Origin: an uncultured Acidobacteriota bacterium
GTDB taxonomy: Bacteria > Acidobacteriota > Thermoanaerobaculia > UBA5066
Assembly: GCA_963776915.1 (NCBI GenBank)
Contig: CAVZPE010000025.1
Location: 6,701 to 70,700 of the forward strand
Reading direction: 5' to 3'
Length of the DNA: 64,000 bases
Positions 46,430-57,251 of this stretch are shown here, in pieces. Each line of letters begins with the position of its first letter. The stretch's first letter is position 1. The translations under genes and the position numbers were made by a program. The notes below the pieces were generated by a model. It saw only the letters and a list, made by a program, of their open reading frames with translations, was not told the origin of the DNA and did not search any database.

Positions 46430-47464
46430 TCAGCGCGTCTCGGTCACCTTGCGGATCCCGCGCGGCCGGTCGGGGTCGAGGCCGCGCGCGCGCGCCGCGT
46501 GGAACGCGAGGAGCTGGCCGGGCAGGATCGACACGAGGGGCGCGAGGAGCTCGGGCACGCGCGGGACGCCGAGCGCGCCGCGCCGGTGCGGGCCGATCGC
46601 GAGGACGGGGCTCCCCCGCCTCTCGAGCTCGCGGCCGAGGGCCTCGACTTCGCGCGCCGGGCGCGAGCCGGGCGGCGACACGAGGACGACGGACAGGCGA
46701 CTCTCGGCCATGGCGATCGGGCCGTGCTGGAAGTCCGCCGCGGAATAGGCCTCGGCGTGGAGGAGCGCGAGCTCCTTGAGCTTGAGCGCGATCTCCCACG
46801 CCGTCGGGTAGTGAAGGCCCCGGCCGATGACGACCGCGCGCGTCGCGGGCGCGAGCGCGAGCGCCGCCGCCTCGGCCGCGGGCTCGACGCCGAACGCCTC
46901 GTCCATGCGCTCGGGGATCGCGTGGAGCGCCGCGAGGTCCCGCTTGCGGCCGCCCATCGAGAGGACGAGGAGGGCGACGGCGGCGAGCTGCGCCGTGTAC
47001 GTCTTCGTCGCGGCGACGCTCCTCTCGACGCCCGCGTGGAGCGGGAGCACCCACTCGGCCGCGCGCGCGAGCGGGCTCGAGGCGTCGTTCACGATCGCGA
47101 GCGTCGGGGCGCCCGCGCGCCGGGCGGCCGCGACGGTCTCGACGACGTCGGGCGAGCGGCCCGACTGCGAGATCCCGATCACGAGGGCACCCTTCACGCG
47201 CGGCGCGCGCCCGTAGAGCGTCACGAGCGACGGAGCCGCGAGCGCGACGGGCAGCCGGTGGACGATCCCGAACGCGTACTGCGCGTACCGCGCCGCGTTG
47301 TCGGACGTGCCGCGGGCGGCCACGAGGATCCACGACGGGTCGGCCCTTCTCAGCCGCTCCGCGAGCGCGGCGGCGCGCCGTCCCTCGCGGCCGAGGACGC
47401 GGGCGACGGCGTGAGGCTGCTCGCCGATCTCGGCCCTCAGGACGGAGCGCGCGGCGCGGACCAT
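46430..47464 (-). CDS. Double SIS-domain amino-sugar phosphate isomerase/deaminase (GlmS C-terminal-like)
   Basis: ARGTSDNA, ISQSGRS, AATKTY, LKLKE, HGP, KVTETR. Confidence 0.9.
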   Translation of the reverse strand: MVRAARSVLRAEIGEQPHAVARVLGREGRRAAALAERLRRADPSWILVAARGTSDNAARYAQYAFGIVHRLPVALAAPSLVTLYGRAPRVKGALVIGISQSGRSPDVVETVAAARRAGAPTLAIVNDASSPLARAAEWVLPLHAGVERSVAATKTYTAQLAAVALLVLSMGGRKRDLAALHAIPERMDEAFGVEPAAEAAALALAPATRAVVIGRGLHYPTAWEIALKLKELALLHAEAYSAADFQHGPIAMAESRLSVVLVSPPGSRPAREVEALGRELERRGSPVLAIGPHRRGALGVPRVPELLAPLVSILPGQLLAFHAARARGLDPDRPRGIRKVTETR

Positions 47465-47492
47465 CGTGCGAGGATAGCGCGGAGGCACGGCG

Positions 47493-48801
47493 TTGTTCGG
47501 ACGCGAGCGCAAGAAGAAGCGGCGCCGGACGCCGCGATTCCTCAGGCCCGTCCTGCGCCCGATGGCGTTCCGCGTCCTGCCGCGCGACCTCGCGCCCCGG
47601 CACGTCGGGCGCCTCGCCGCCGCGCTCGAGAGCGGCGTGAGCGACCCCGGCTTCGAGGTGCTGCTGCGGCGGATCGACACGTCGCCGATCCACCGCGGCA
47701 ACGCCGTGACCCTCTACTTCGACGGCTCGCAGGCCTTCGCGGCCATGTGCGCGGCCGTCGCGGCCGCGCGCGAGGAGGTCCTCCTCGAGGCCTACATCCT
47801 GAAGGACGACGCGGCGGGCCGCTCCCTCGTCGACGTGCTCGAGGCGGCCGCCCGGCGCGGCGTCAGCCGTGCGCGTCCTCGCGGACGCGTTCGGCTCGAG
47901 CGCGACGCGTTCGTCGTTCTGGCGGCAGATGGCGGGGAGCGCATCGACGTGCGGCTCTACCACCCGCTCTTCCCGGCCCTGTGGTACCAGCCGTACCGCG
48001 ACCACCGCAAGATCCTGGCGGTGGACCGCCGCGTCGCGTTCACGGGCGGCATGAACATCGGGGAGGAGTACGGCTCGTCGCTTCGCCCCTCGAAGCCGGC
48101 GGACCACCTGGCACGACACGCACGCCCGGCTCGAAGGGCCCGCGGCGTGGGAGATGGCGGTCGTCTTCCGCGAGGGCTGGGAGCGGGCCGGCGGCACGCC
48201 GTTCGAGATCGCGCCGCTCGCCCTGCCGCCCGACGACGCGCCGCCGGCGGCCGGCGCGTCGATTCTCGTCCTCGATTCGGCGCCCGGCCGCGGACACGAG
48301 GAGACGGCGTCCGTTCTCGCGGCCACGATCGCGGCCTCGCGCGCGCGCTTCTGGCTCACGAACGCGTACTTCGCGCCGCGGCGCGACGCCCTGCCGCTCC
48401 TCGCGGACGCGGCGCGGCGCGGCGTGGACGTGCGGCTCCTGCTGCCGGGCGTCAGCGACGTCCCGCTCGTGCGGCACGCGGGCCACGGGTCGTACCGGCA
48501 CCTCCTGAGGCGCGGCGTGAGGATCTTCGAGTACCAGCCGTCCGTCCTGCACGCGAAGTCGCTCGTGGCGGACGGGTACGTGTCGATGGTGGGCTCGACG
48601 AACATGGACTTCCGGTCGTTCCACTTCAACGCCGAGTGCAACGTCGTCGTCCTCGACGCCGGCGTCGCGCGCCTCCTCGAGGAGCGCTTCGAGGCCGACC
48701 TCGCGTGCTCGGCCGAGATCACGCTGGCGGAATGGGACCGCCGCACGCGCCTGCACAAGGCCGGGGACTCGCTCGCCCGGATGCTCTCGCCTGTGCTCTG
48801 A
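47493..48801 (+). CDS. Cardiolipin synthase / PLD family (frameshifted)
   Basis: Two HKD motifs: HRKILAVD and HAKSLVAD; GSTNMDFRS. Confidence 0.88.
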
Positions 48802-48851
48802 TCGCGGAGGAGGAGGACGACGATGGCGACGGCTTCGAGCCCCGGCCCCGC

Positions 48852-49337
48852 GTGTCCCGGACCTCGATCCTCGTCCTCTGGATCCTCTCGCTGCTTCCCG
48901 CCGCCGGCCTCGTGGGGCTCGTCGTGCGGTCCGACGCCCGGAAGGCCGAGTTCGTGAGGCGCGCGCGGGGCCGGGCCGTGGGCACCGTGATCCGCCTCGT
49001 CGAGGAGCGCGGCAAGCACATCAGGCACCGCCCCGTCGTCGCGTTCACGGCGGCCGACGGCCGGCGCGTGGAGTTCAAGTCGATCTACGCGGACTACGTC
49101 GCGTTCGGCGAGAAGCACTATCCCCTCGGCGGGAGCGTCTCCGTCGTCTACGTCCCCGAGGAGCCCGCGCGCGCCGAGGTGAACGAGCCCGCGCTGCGCT
49201 CGGGCGACGCGACCCCGTTCGTCGTCGGAGGCGGGGTCTACGCCGGGTTGATGACGCTCGTTTTCGGCCTCCTCGCGCTCTCCGGCCGGGAGGGGTCGGG
49301 CCGGCGGCCGTCCACGGACCCTCTCTCCCCGTCCTGA
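48852..49337 (+). CDS. DUF3592-like membrane protein
   Basis: TM; G.V; PVVAFTAADG; V.VVY.PEEP..A; C-terminal TM. Confidence 0.7.
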   Translation: MSRTSILVLWILSLLPAAGLVGLVVRSDARKAEFVRRARGRAVGTVIRLVEERGKHIRHRPVVAFTAADGRRVEFKSIYADYVAFGEKHYPLGGSVSVVYVPEEPARAEVNEPALRSGDATPFVVGGGVYAGLMTLVFGLLALSGREGSGRRPSTDPLSPS

Positions 49338-49368
49338 GGACGTGCGGGGCGCTGGGTATCATCGGGCC

Positions 49369-50479
49369 ATGAGACGACGTCTCCCTCTCCTCGCCGCCGC
49401 TCTCGTCCTCGCCGCCGGCGCCCGTCCCGCGCCCGCGCAGACGATCACGACGGTCGCCGGAACCGGAGAGGGCGCCTCCTCCCGGGACGGCTCGCGGGCC
49501 GCGGCCTCGCCGCTCGCCCTCGCGACCGACAACGTCACGAACGTCCTCTTCGACTCCGACGGGAACATGACGTTCTCCGAGGGACGGGCGTGCCGCGTGC
49601 GCCGGATCGTGCGCAAGACCGGCCTCCTCGAGACGCTCGCGGGAAGCGGAAAGTGCGGCTACTCGGGCGACGGCGGGCCCGCGACCCAGGCTCGCCTGAA
49701 GGCGCCGGCCGAGGTCGCCTTCGACGCCCGCGGCGACCTCTTCATCGCGGACGCCGGGAACAACCTCGTCCGCCGCGTGGACCGCGCGACGGGGATCATC
49801 ACGACGGTCGCGGGCAACCGGCTCCCGAACTACGCGGGCGACGGCGTCGCGACGGCCGTCCCGGTCGGACGGCCGAGCGGCCTCGTCTTCGACGGCCAGG
49901 GGCGCCTCCTGATCGCGGAGGTCTTCGGGTCGCGTATCCGCCGCCTGGACCTCGCGACCGGACGGACCGAGACCATCGCGGGCAAGAACGAGCTCAACTA
50001 CACCGGCGGCCCCGCCCTGAAGACCGGGTTCGCGTGGCCCAACAGCCCGCGCTTCGACGCCGCCGGGGCGCTCTTCTTCGCCGCCACCGGGAACAACCTG
50101 ATCCTCAGGCTGGACCCGAAGACGGGCGACCTCGGGATCCTCGCGGGGAACCCGGGCCGCCGCGGGCTACCGGGGCGACGGCGGGCCCGCCGCGCAGGCC
50201 GTCCTGAACCAGCCGGGCGCGATCGCCGTGGACGGAGCGGGAAACGTCTTCATCGCGGACACGATGAACAACGTCATCCGCCGCGTCGACGCGAAGACCG
50301 GAATCATCACGCACGTCGCCGGGACGGGAGCCGAGGGCTTCACGGGGGACGGCGGCCCCGCGGCCAGGGCCGCCCTGGCGTTCCCGCTCGGCCTCGGTCT
50401 CGACGGCAAGGGCAACCTCTACGTGATCGACGCCCACAACTACCGGATCCGGAAGATCGAGGGCGTCGCGGCGCACTGA
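49369..50479 (+). CDS. Secreted NHL-repeat (teneurin-like) protein; frameshift near 50165
   Basis: Repeats of GYSGDGGPA..A.L..P...D..G..FIAD..N..RRVD. Confidence 0.88.
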
Positions 50480-50527
50480 CCGGGGCGTCCTTTCCCCGCC
50501 GCGGCCCGGGCGTGGCAATCTCCGGGC

Positions 50528-52347
50528 GTGACCCGCCGAGCCGCCTCCCGCCGCCCCGCCCGCGCCGCCTTCCTCGCCGCCGCCTTCCTCGCCGCCGTCC
50601 TGCCGGCGGGCTGCGCGGGGACGGGGGCCCGCCCGGCCTCTTCCGCGCCGCCGACCCCGCGGGACGGGCCGCGTCGTCGCGGTCTCGTTCGACGGGCTCG
50701 GCGGCGTCCGCCTCAACGAGCTCCTCGCGTCGGGCGAACTCGACGCGGGCGGGTTCTCGGCGATCGCCGCGCGCGGCCTCCTCGCCGGGCGAGCCGTGGA
50801 CGTGACGCCGTCCCTGACGCCGGCGGCGCACATCGCGGCGATCACGGGCGCGCCGCCGTCGAAGACGGGCATCGTCGCGAACCAGTTCCGCGAGCCGGGA
50901 TCCCCGTTCGGGACGCACACGACCGGCTTCGTGGCGCCGATCGGGAGCGAGACGCTCTGGGAGGCCGCGCGCCGCCAGGGACGGCGCGTCGCGGTGCTCC
51001 TCTACCCCGGCGCCGACGGGACCACGGACGCGCGCCGCGGCGACTTCGGCCTGGTCTGGCCGGACAGGCCCGCGCGCGCGTCGGCCTTCGTCCCCGTCGC
51101 CTCCGACGCCTGGGCGGACGCGACCGCGCCGGCGGGGCGGTCGTTCTCGCCGGCGCGCGAGGCGCACGTGACCGTGGCGACGCCGGCCGGCGCCGTTCGC
51201 CTGCGCCTCACGGCCACCGACACGACGGACGACCACGCCGCGAACTACGACCTCGTCTCGGTCGCCCGCGAGGGCGGGACGGCCCCCGCCGCGCTCGGCG
51301 ACGTGCCGGCCCACGGCTGGTTCGCGCTCGTCGTCCGGGGCGAGGGCGGGAGCCTCACCTCGTGGTGCCGGCTCGAGGACCTCGATCCCGGCCTCGCGCA
51401 CGCGGAGATCTACGTCGGCGCGTTCTACGCCCTTCCCGGCTACCCGGAGGACTACCGGCGGCGCCTCGAGGCCGCGGTCGGAGGCTGGCCCGGACCGCCC
51501 GACTACGCCTTCGTCCGGCCCCCCCGGAAGGCCGACTACGCCGCGCACGAGGAACAGGCGGTCCGCATGGCCGAATACCTCACGAAGGTGATCCTCTACA
51601 CGATCCGGAACGAGCGCTTCGACCTGCTCATCGGCTACCAGCCGCTCGTCGACGAGGTCGAGCACGCCTTCGAGCCGGGCCCGTACGGCGGCTCGCGGGA
51701 CGCGGTCGTCGCCGCGTTCCGGACGGCCGACCGGTCGGTCGCCGCGATCCTCGCGGCTCTCTCGCCGCGCGATTCCTTCCTCTTCTTCAGCGACCACGGG
51801 ATCGTCCCCCTCGTGACGGGCGTGAACCTCGAGAAGTACCTCGCCGACAAGGGCTGGACGATCGTCGGCCCGAAGGGCCCCGCGGGCGGGGCGAGGCGCG
51901 TCGAGGTCTGCGCGACGAGCGGGATCGCGCACGTCTACCTCGACCCCGCCCTCTCCGGCGACGAGCGCGCGGCGGAGGCCTCCCGGCTCCTCGCCGACCT
52001 CGAGGGCCTGCGCGCCCTCAAGGAGGGGCTCGTCGACGACGTCGTCCCGCACGCCGACCTCGCGCGCATCGGCCTCGACCACCCGCGCTCGGGGGACGTC
52101 GTCGTCCTGCTGACGCCGGGAAACGAGTTCTGGCGGGGCGGCGCGAACGTCCTCGGCCGTCCGGGGAACCGCGGCGGGCACGGCTACCGCGCGGCGGACC
52201 CGCTGCCTGGACGCGTCGTTCGGCGCGGTCGGGCCCGGCATCGCGCCGGCCCGGCCGGCGACCCTCTCGCTGCTCGAGGTCGCCGCGCGCGTCGCGCGCG
52301 CCCTCGGGATCGAGCCGCCGCGCGGCGCCGCCCCCGCCGGGCGCTAG
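50528..52347 (+). CDS. Alkaline phosphatase/nucleotide pyrophosphatase-family lipoprotein (frameshifted)
   Basis: Lipobox PAG|C; VSFDGL, PSLTPAAH, SDHG, GGHGY. Confidence 0.8.
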
Positions 52348-52360
52348 GATCGGGATCGCG

Positions 52361-53198
52361 ATGGAGAAAGCGCGCGTCGCCCCGCCCGTCCTCGCATGGG
52401 CCAGCCTGTCGGACGTCGGCAAGGTCCGGCCGGCGAACGAGGACTTCGTCGGGGACCCCGACCGGCTCGCGCCGCTCGTCGGCGGCCCCGCGCGGCTGGC
52501 CGTCGCGCGGCGCGCTGTTCGCCGTCGCCGACGGCATGGGCGGGCACGCGCGCGGCGAGATCGCGAGCAAGCTCGCGATCGAGGTCCTCTATTCGACCTT
52601 CTACAACTCGCCCGGGGACTCCGTGGAGATGTTCAAGAAGGCGATCCTCACGGCGAACACGGCGGTGCGCCGCGCCGGGGTCCTCGCGAGGCCCGAGAAG
52701 GTCGGGGACGGCCACGAGGCGCGGACGCTGCCGCGCATGGGGACGACGCTCGTGGCGGCTCTCGTCCTCGGCCGCTGGCTCCTCGTCGGGAACATCGGCG
52801 ACAGCCGCGCCTACATCATGAAGGACGGCCGGCTCGAGCAGGTCAGCCGCGACCACACGTACCTCGCCGAGGAGATCCGGCGCGGCCTCGTGTCGCCGGA
52901 GGCCGCGGAAGCCGTCGCGTTCAGGCACCTCATCACGCGCTCGCTCGGCACGAAGGACGAGGTGGAGGTCGACCTCTTCTGGCGCCCGTGGCCGGACGGC
53001 GCGACGCTCCTCCTCGCGACCGACGGCCTGCACGGCGTCGTCGAGGAGCTCGAGATGGAGACGATCCTCGCCACGCGTCCGCCGCAGGAGGCCGCGGCGG
53101 CGCTCGTGAAGGCCGCCCTCGAGGGCGGGGCGCCGGACAACGTCTCGGTCGTCGTCGTCCACAAGACGCCCGCGCGCGGGAAGGGCGGCCGCACGTGA
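52361..53198 (+). CDS. PP2C/PPM-family protein phosphatase (frameshift near 52500)
   Basis: GKVRPANED, VADGMGGH, MGTT, GDSRAY, TDGL, DNVS. Confidence 0.9.
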
Positions 53199-53889
53199 GG
53201 CTCTTCGCGGGCACGAGCGGCTTCAGCTACGACGGCTGGACCGGGACGTTCTATCCCGAGGACCTCCCGGCCGACAAGCGGCTCGCGTTCTACGCGACGA
53301 AGCTCCCCGCGGTCGAGATCAACAACACGTTCTACCGGATGCCGAAGCCGGAGCTCCTCGCCGGCTGGGCCGCGCAGGTGCCCGCGGGCTTCCGCTTCGC
53401 GCTCAAGGCCTCGCAGCGGATCACGCACATCAAGCGCCTCAAGGAGGTCGACGGCGAGGTGAAGTTCCTCCTCGGCGCCTCGCGGCAGCTCGGCGAGAGG
53501 CTCGGGCCCGTCCTCTACGGGCTGCCCGCCGAACCTCAAGAAGGACGTCCCGCGCCTCGCGGCCTTCCTCGCGCTCCTCCCGTCCGACGTGAAGGCCGCG
53601 TTCGAGTTCCGCAATCCGACCTGGCTGGACCCCGAGGTTCACGCGCTCCTGAGGTCGGCGGGCGCGGCGCTCTGCGTCGCCGACGACGAGAAGGGGACGA
53701 CGCCGCTCGAGGCGACCGCGCCGTGGGGATACCTCCGGCTCCGGCGCGAGGACTACGGCGAGGCCGACCTCGCGGCGTGGGCCGAGAAGGTCGCGGCCGC
53801 CGGGTTGGGAGGAGGCGTACGTCTTCTTCAAGCACGAGGAGGAGGGCGCCGCGCCCGCCCTCGCCCGGCGCTTCGTGGAGCTCTTCTAG
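53195..53889 (+). CDS. DUF72 family protein (frameshifted)
   Basis: GTSGFSY..W, VEINNTFYRMP, AFEFR, YLRLR, FFKHE. Confidence 0.88.
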
Positions 53890-54636
53890 GTGAAGGTCGT
53901 CACCTGGAACGTCAACGGGATCCGCGCGCGCGAGCTGCAGGTCCTCGAGCTCCTCGACACGCACGCGCCGGACGTCGTGTGCCTGCAGGAGCTGAAGGCC
54001 GCGCCCGACCAGATGCCGATCTCCCTCGCGGCGCCCGCGGGCTACGCGACGTACTGGCACGGCCACAAGGGGTACTCGGGCGTCGGCCTCCTCCTGAAGA
54101 CGGAGACGTTCGGCGCTTCCGTCGGGTTCTCGCATCCGGAGTTCGACCACGAGACGCGCATCGTCGAGGCCGCGACGCCGCGGTTCTCCGTCGCGTCCGT
54201 GTACGTTCCGAACGGCGGCAAGGACTTCGCCGCGAAGCTCGCGTTCCTCGAGGCGATGGGCGGCTGGGCGCGCGCGGCGAGGGCCGCGGGCAGGTCGCTC
54301 CTCGTCTGCGGCGACCTGAACGTCGCGCCCACGGACCGCGACGTCCACCCGAAGGAGCGCAAGGCGAACGCGATCGGCCAGCGGCCCGACGAGCGCGCCC
54401 TCCTTCAGAAGCTGATCGCCGAGGGCCTCGCGGACGTCGGGCGCGCGCTCGACCCCGACAACGAGAGCCTCTTCACCTACTGGGCCCCGTGGCGCCAGCT
54501 CAGGGAGCGGAACATCGGGTGGCGGATCGATTTCGTCCTCGCGAGCGAGAGCCTCGCGAAGACGGCCACGGCCGCGCGCGTCTACCGCGAGTTCGGGTCG
54601 AGCGACCACGCCCCCCTCGTCGTGGACTTCGCCTGA
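53890..54636 (+). CDS. xth: Exodeoxyribonuclease III
   Basis: TWNVNGIR, LQELK, YVPNG, GDLNVAP, WRIDF, SDHAP. Confidence 0.93.
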   Translation: MKVVTWNVNGIRARELQVLELLDTHAPDVVCLQELKAAPDQMPISLAAPAGYATYWHGHKGYSGVGLLLKTETFGASVGFSHPEFDHETRIVEAATPRFSVASVYVPNGGKDFAAKLAFLEAMGGWARAARAAGRSLLVCGDLNVAPTDRDVHPKERKANAIGQRPDERALLQKLIAEGLADVGRALDPDNESLFTYWAPWRQLRERNIGWRIDFVLASESLAKTATAARVYREFGSSDHAPLVVDFA

Positions 54637-54664
54637 CTCCCGCGCCTCCCGTCTAGACTCGGGC

Positions 54665-57223
54665 ATGGCGATCCGCCTCCGCCTCACGACCACCCCCGGC
54701 TGGGAGGTCGTGCGCGCGGCACCGCGTCGGGCGGCTGCACGGGCCGCGGCCGCGGACCCGTTCCTCGCCCGGGCCCTCGCGACCCGGCGCCTCGTCCTCG
54801 CCGGAACCGCGCGCGTGCGCCCGCGCCGCGGGGCACCCGCGGAGCCCGGCCGCGCGGCGGCGACCGTCGAGGGGGCGGGGACGGACGGCTACGTCTTCGT
54901 CGCGCGCCACGCCTCGGGCGCGCTCACGTTCCACCGGACGCTGTCCGTCGCCGGAGGGGCCCACGTCTTCGAGGTCCCCCTGCCCGCGCCCGCGCGCCGC
55001 GGCGTGGCCGGTGCGGTGGTGCTCTTCCTCCTCCGGGTCGCGGGAGCGGCCGCCCGGGCGGCGCTCCCCGTCCTCGCGCGCGCGTGGGAGAAGCGCCGTT
55101 TCGCCGCGGCCCGCGCGCCGCTCGGCCTCGTGAGGCTCGCGCGCCGGGGTCCGGCTCTCGTCGCGACGCGCGTCCACGGCCCCCTGCCGCCGGCGCCCGG
55201 CAAGAGTCTCCTCTTCATCCACGGGACCTTCTCGCACGCGGCGGCGGCCTTCCTCGACCTCGCGCGGACGCCCGCCGCCTTCGACGCGCTCGCCGCGGCG
55301 TACGGCGGCCGCGTCTACGCCTTCAACCACCTCACCGTCGGCCTCGCCCCCGGCGACAACGTGAAGGAACTTCGCCCGCTGCTGTCGGGCGCGCGCGTCG
55401 ACGTCGTCACGCACTCGCGCGGCGGCCTCGTCCTGCGCGCGCTCGCGGCCGAGCGCGGCGCGCCCGCGATCGGCCGCGCCTTCCTCGCCGCCTCGCCGAG
55501 CGAGGGCACGCCCCTCGCGGCGCCCGCCCGGTGGGACGAGCTCGCCGCCTGGGTCGCGAACCTCGCCGAGGTCCTCCCCTCCGGCGCGCTCGCCTTCGGA
55601 CTCGATTTCGCCGCCGAGGCGCTCGTCTGGATCGCGCGCCGGGCCGGCGGCGCGCTCCCGGGCCTCGCCGCGATGGATCCGGCGGGCGACTTTCTCGCGA
55701 AGCTGAACGCGCGGCCGGCGGGAGGGGCGGCGTTCGCCGCGGCCGTGGCGGACTTCACGCCGACAGGCGGCCTCGCCAGACGCCTCCTCGACGCGGGCGC
55801 CGACGCGATCTTCCGAGATGCCGAACGACCTCGTCGTCCCGACCGAGGGCGGTCTCTCGCTCGGCAGACGCCGCATCGACGCGCGGACACACGGTGCGCT
55901 TCGAGGGGGACGTTCATCACCTCAATCTCTTTGCTCAGGAGAGAACGCAGGAAGGATTGAAGATTTTCTTAGAGGGTGAAGAAGGGATGCCCGCCGCCGC
56001 AGCGCGCGACACACGGCGCGGCAGCCCGCCCAAGCCCCATTCACCTTCTAAGAAATCTTCTCCCCCGGCCGCGCGCAGCGCGGCTCCTTCTTCTCTCCGC
56101 GCGCAGCGCGCAGAAATCTTCGTCTTCGGCCTCCTCCCGCTTCGACCTCCTCCTCGTCGACGGCGAGCCCGCGCGCCTCGTCGCGTCGTGGGCGGGGGCG
56201 CGCGTCGTCGAGCCCTTCGAGACGAGGGGCGGCGCGGCGGGCGAGAGGATGCGCCGGATCATCGCGCTCCACGAGCGCGTTCTCCGCGCGCTCGACGGGC
56301 GCGGTGCCGGAGACCTGCCGAAGGCCTCCGAGCTCGCGGCCTACGGCGCGGTCCTCTTCGAGACGCTCTTCCCGGGAGAGGTGCGCCGGCTCTGGGACGC
56401 GGCGCGCGGCTCCTCGGCGCGCCCCCTCGAGCTCGTCTTCACGTCCTCCCTCGACTGGATCGCCGACAAGCCTTGGGAGCTCGCGTGGGACCCCGCGCGG
56501 AAGCGATTCCTCTCGGACGACGCCGTCCTCGTGCGCAACGTCTTCGGCGCGATCCCGCCGGAGGCCCCCGCCACGAGGCGCGGGCCGCTCCGCATCCTCG
56601 TCGCGGTCGCGCAGCCGCGCGACGCGACGCCCGTCTCCGCCCGGCAGGAGACCGCCGCGCTCCGCGCGGCGTTCGCGCCGCTCGTCAGGGCCGGCCACGC
56701 CGTCCTCGACGTCCTGCCGGCCGCGACGCCCGGAGGCCTGCACCGAAAGCTCGCCGCCGAGCGCTTCGACGTCCTCCACTTCGTCGGGCACGGGGCCTGG
56801 GACGAGAAGGAGAAGACCGGCGCGCTCCTCCTCGTGGACGGCCGCGGCCGCTCCACGTGGGTCGACGCGGACCGCCTGCGGCGCCTCCTCTGCGGCCGAG
56901 GTCTCCGGCTCGTCGTCCTGAACGCCTGCGAGACGGGGCGCGGCTCGCGCAACGACTTCCTGCGCGGCGTCGCGCCCGCGCTCCTCGCCGGCGGCATCCC
57001 CGCGGTCGTCGCGAACCAGTACAAGGTCCTCGACACGTCCGCCACCGCGTTCGCCCGGCACCTCATGTGGGCGCTCGCGCGCGGCCACGCGCTCGGGCAG
57101 GCCGCGCGGGAGGCGCGCGTCGCCGTCGCGGTGGCGCGCTCCGCCGAGCCCATGGACTGGGCCGTGCCCGTCCTCTACGCGCGCGACACGTCGCTCGTCC
57201 TCTGCCGGCCGGCCCGGCGCTAG
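54665..57223 (+). CDS. Alpha/beta-hydrolase (lipase-like) domain followed by CHAT domain; one frameshifted gene or two genes
   Basis: IHGTFS, THSRGG, NDLVVPT, HH; CHAT motifs PWEL, LHFVGHG, LNACE. Confidence 0.75.
55959..56060. repeat. Inverted pair of dispersed motif (locus 9)
   Basis: GAAGATTTTCTTAGAGGGTGAAGAAGGG (55959-55986) ... TTCACCTTCTAAGAAATCTTC (56040-56060). Confidence 0.85.
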
Positions 57224-57251
57224 GGGCCGAAGGATGGGGACACTACCCGGT

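Noticed and set aside
49440-50460. Internal DNA repeats in the NHL gene (also PD40 and TPR genes)
   Set aside because: Ordinary protein repeat families; no template/variable-repeat pattern and no reverse transcriptase to suggest a DGR.
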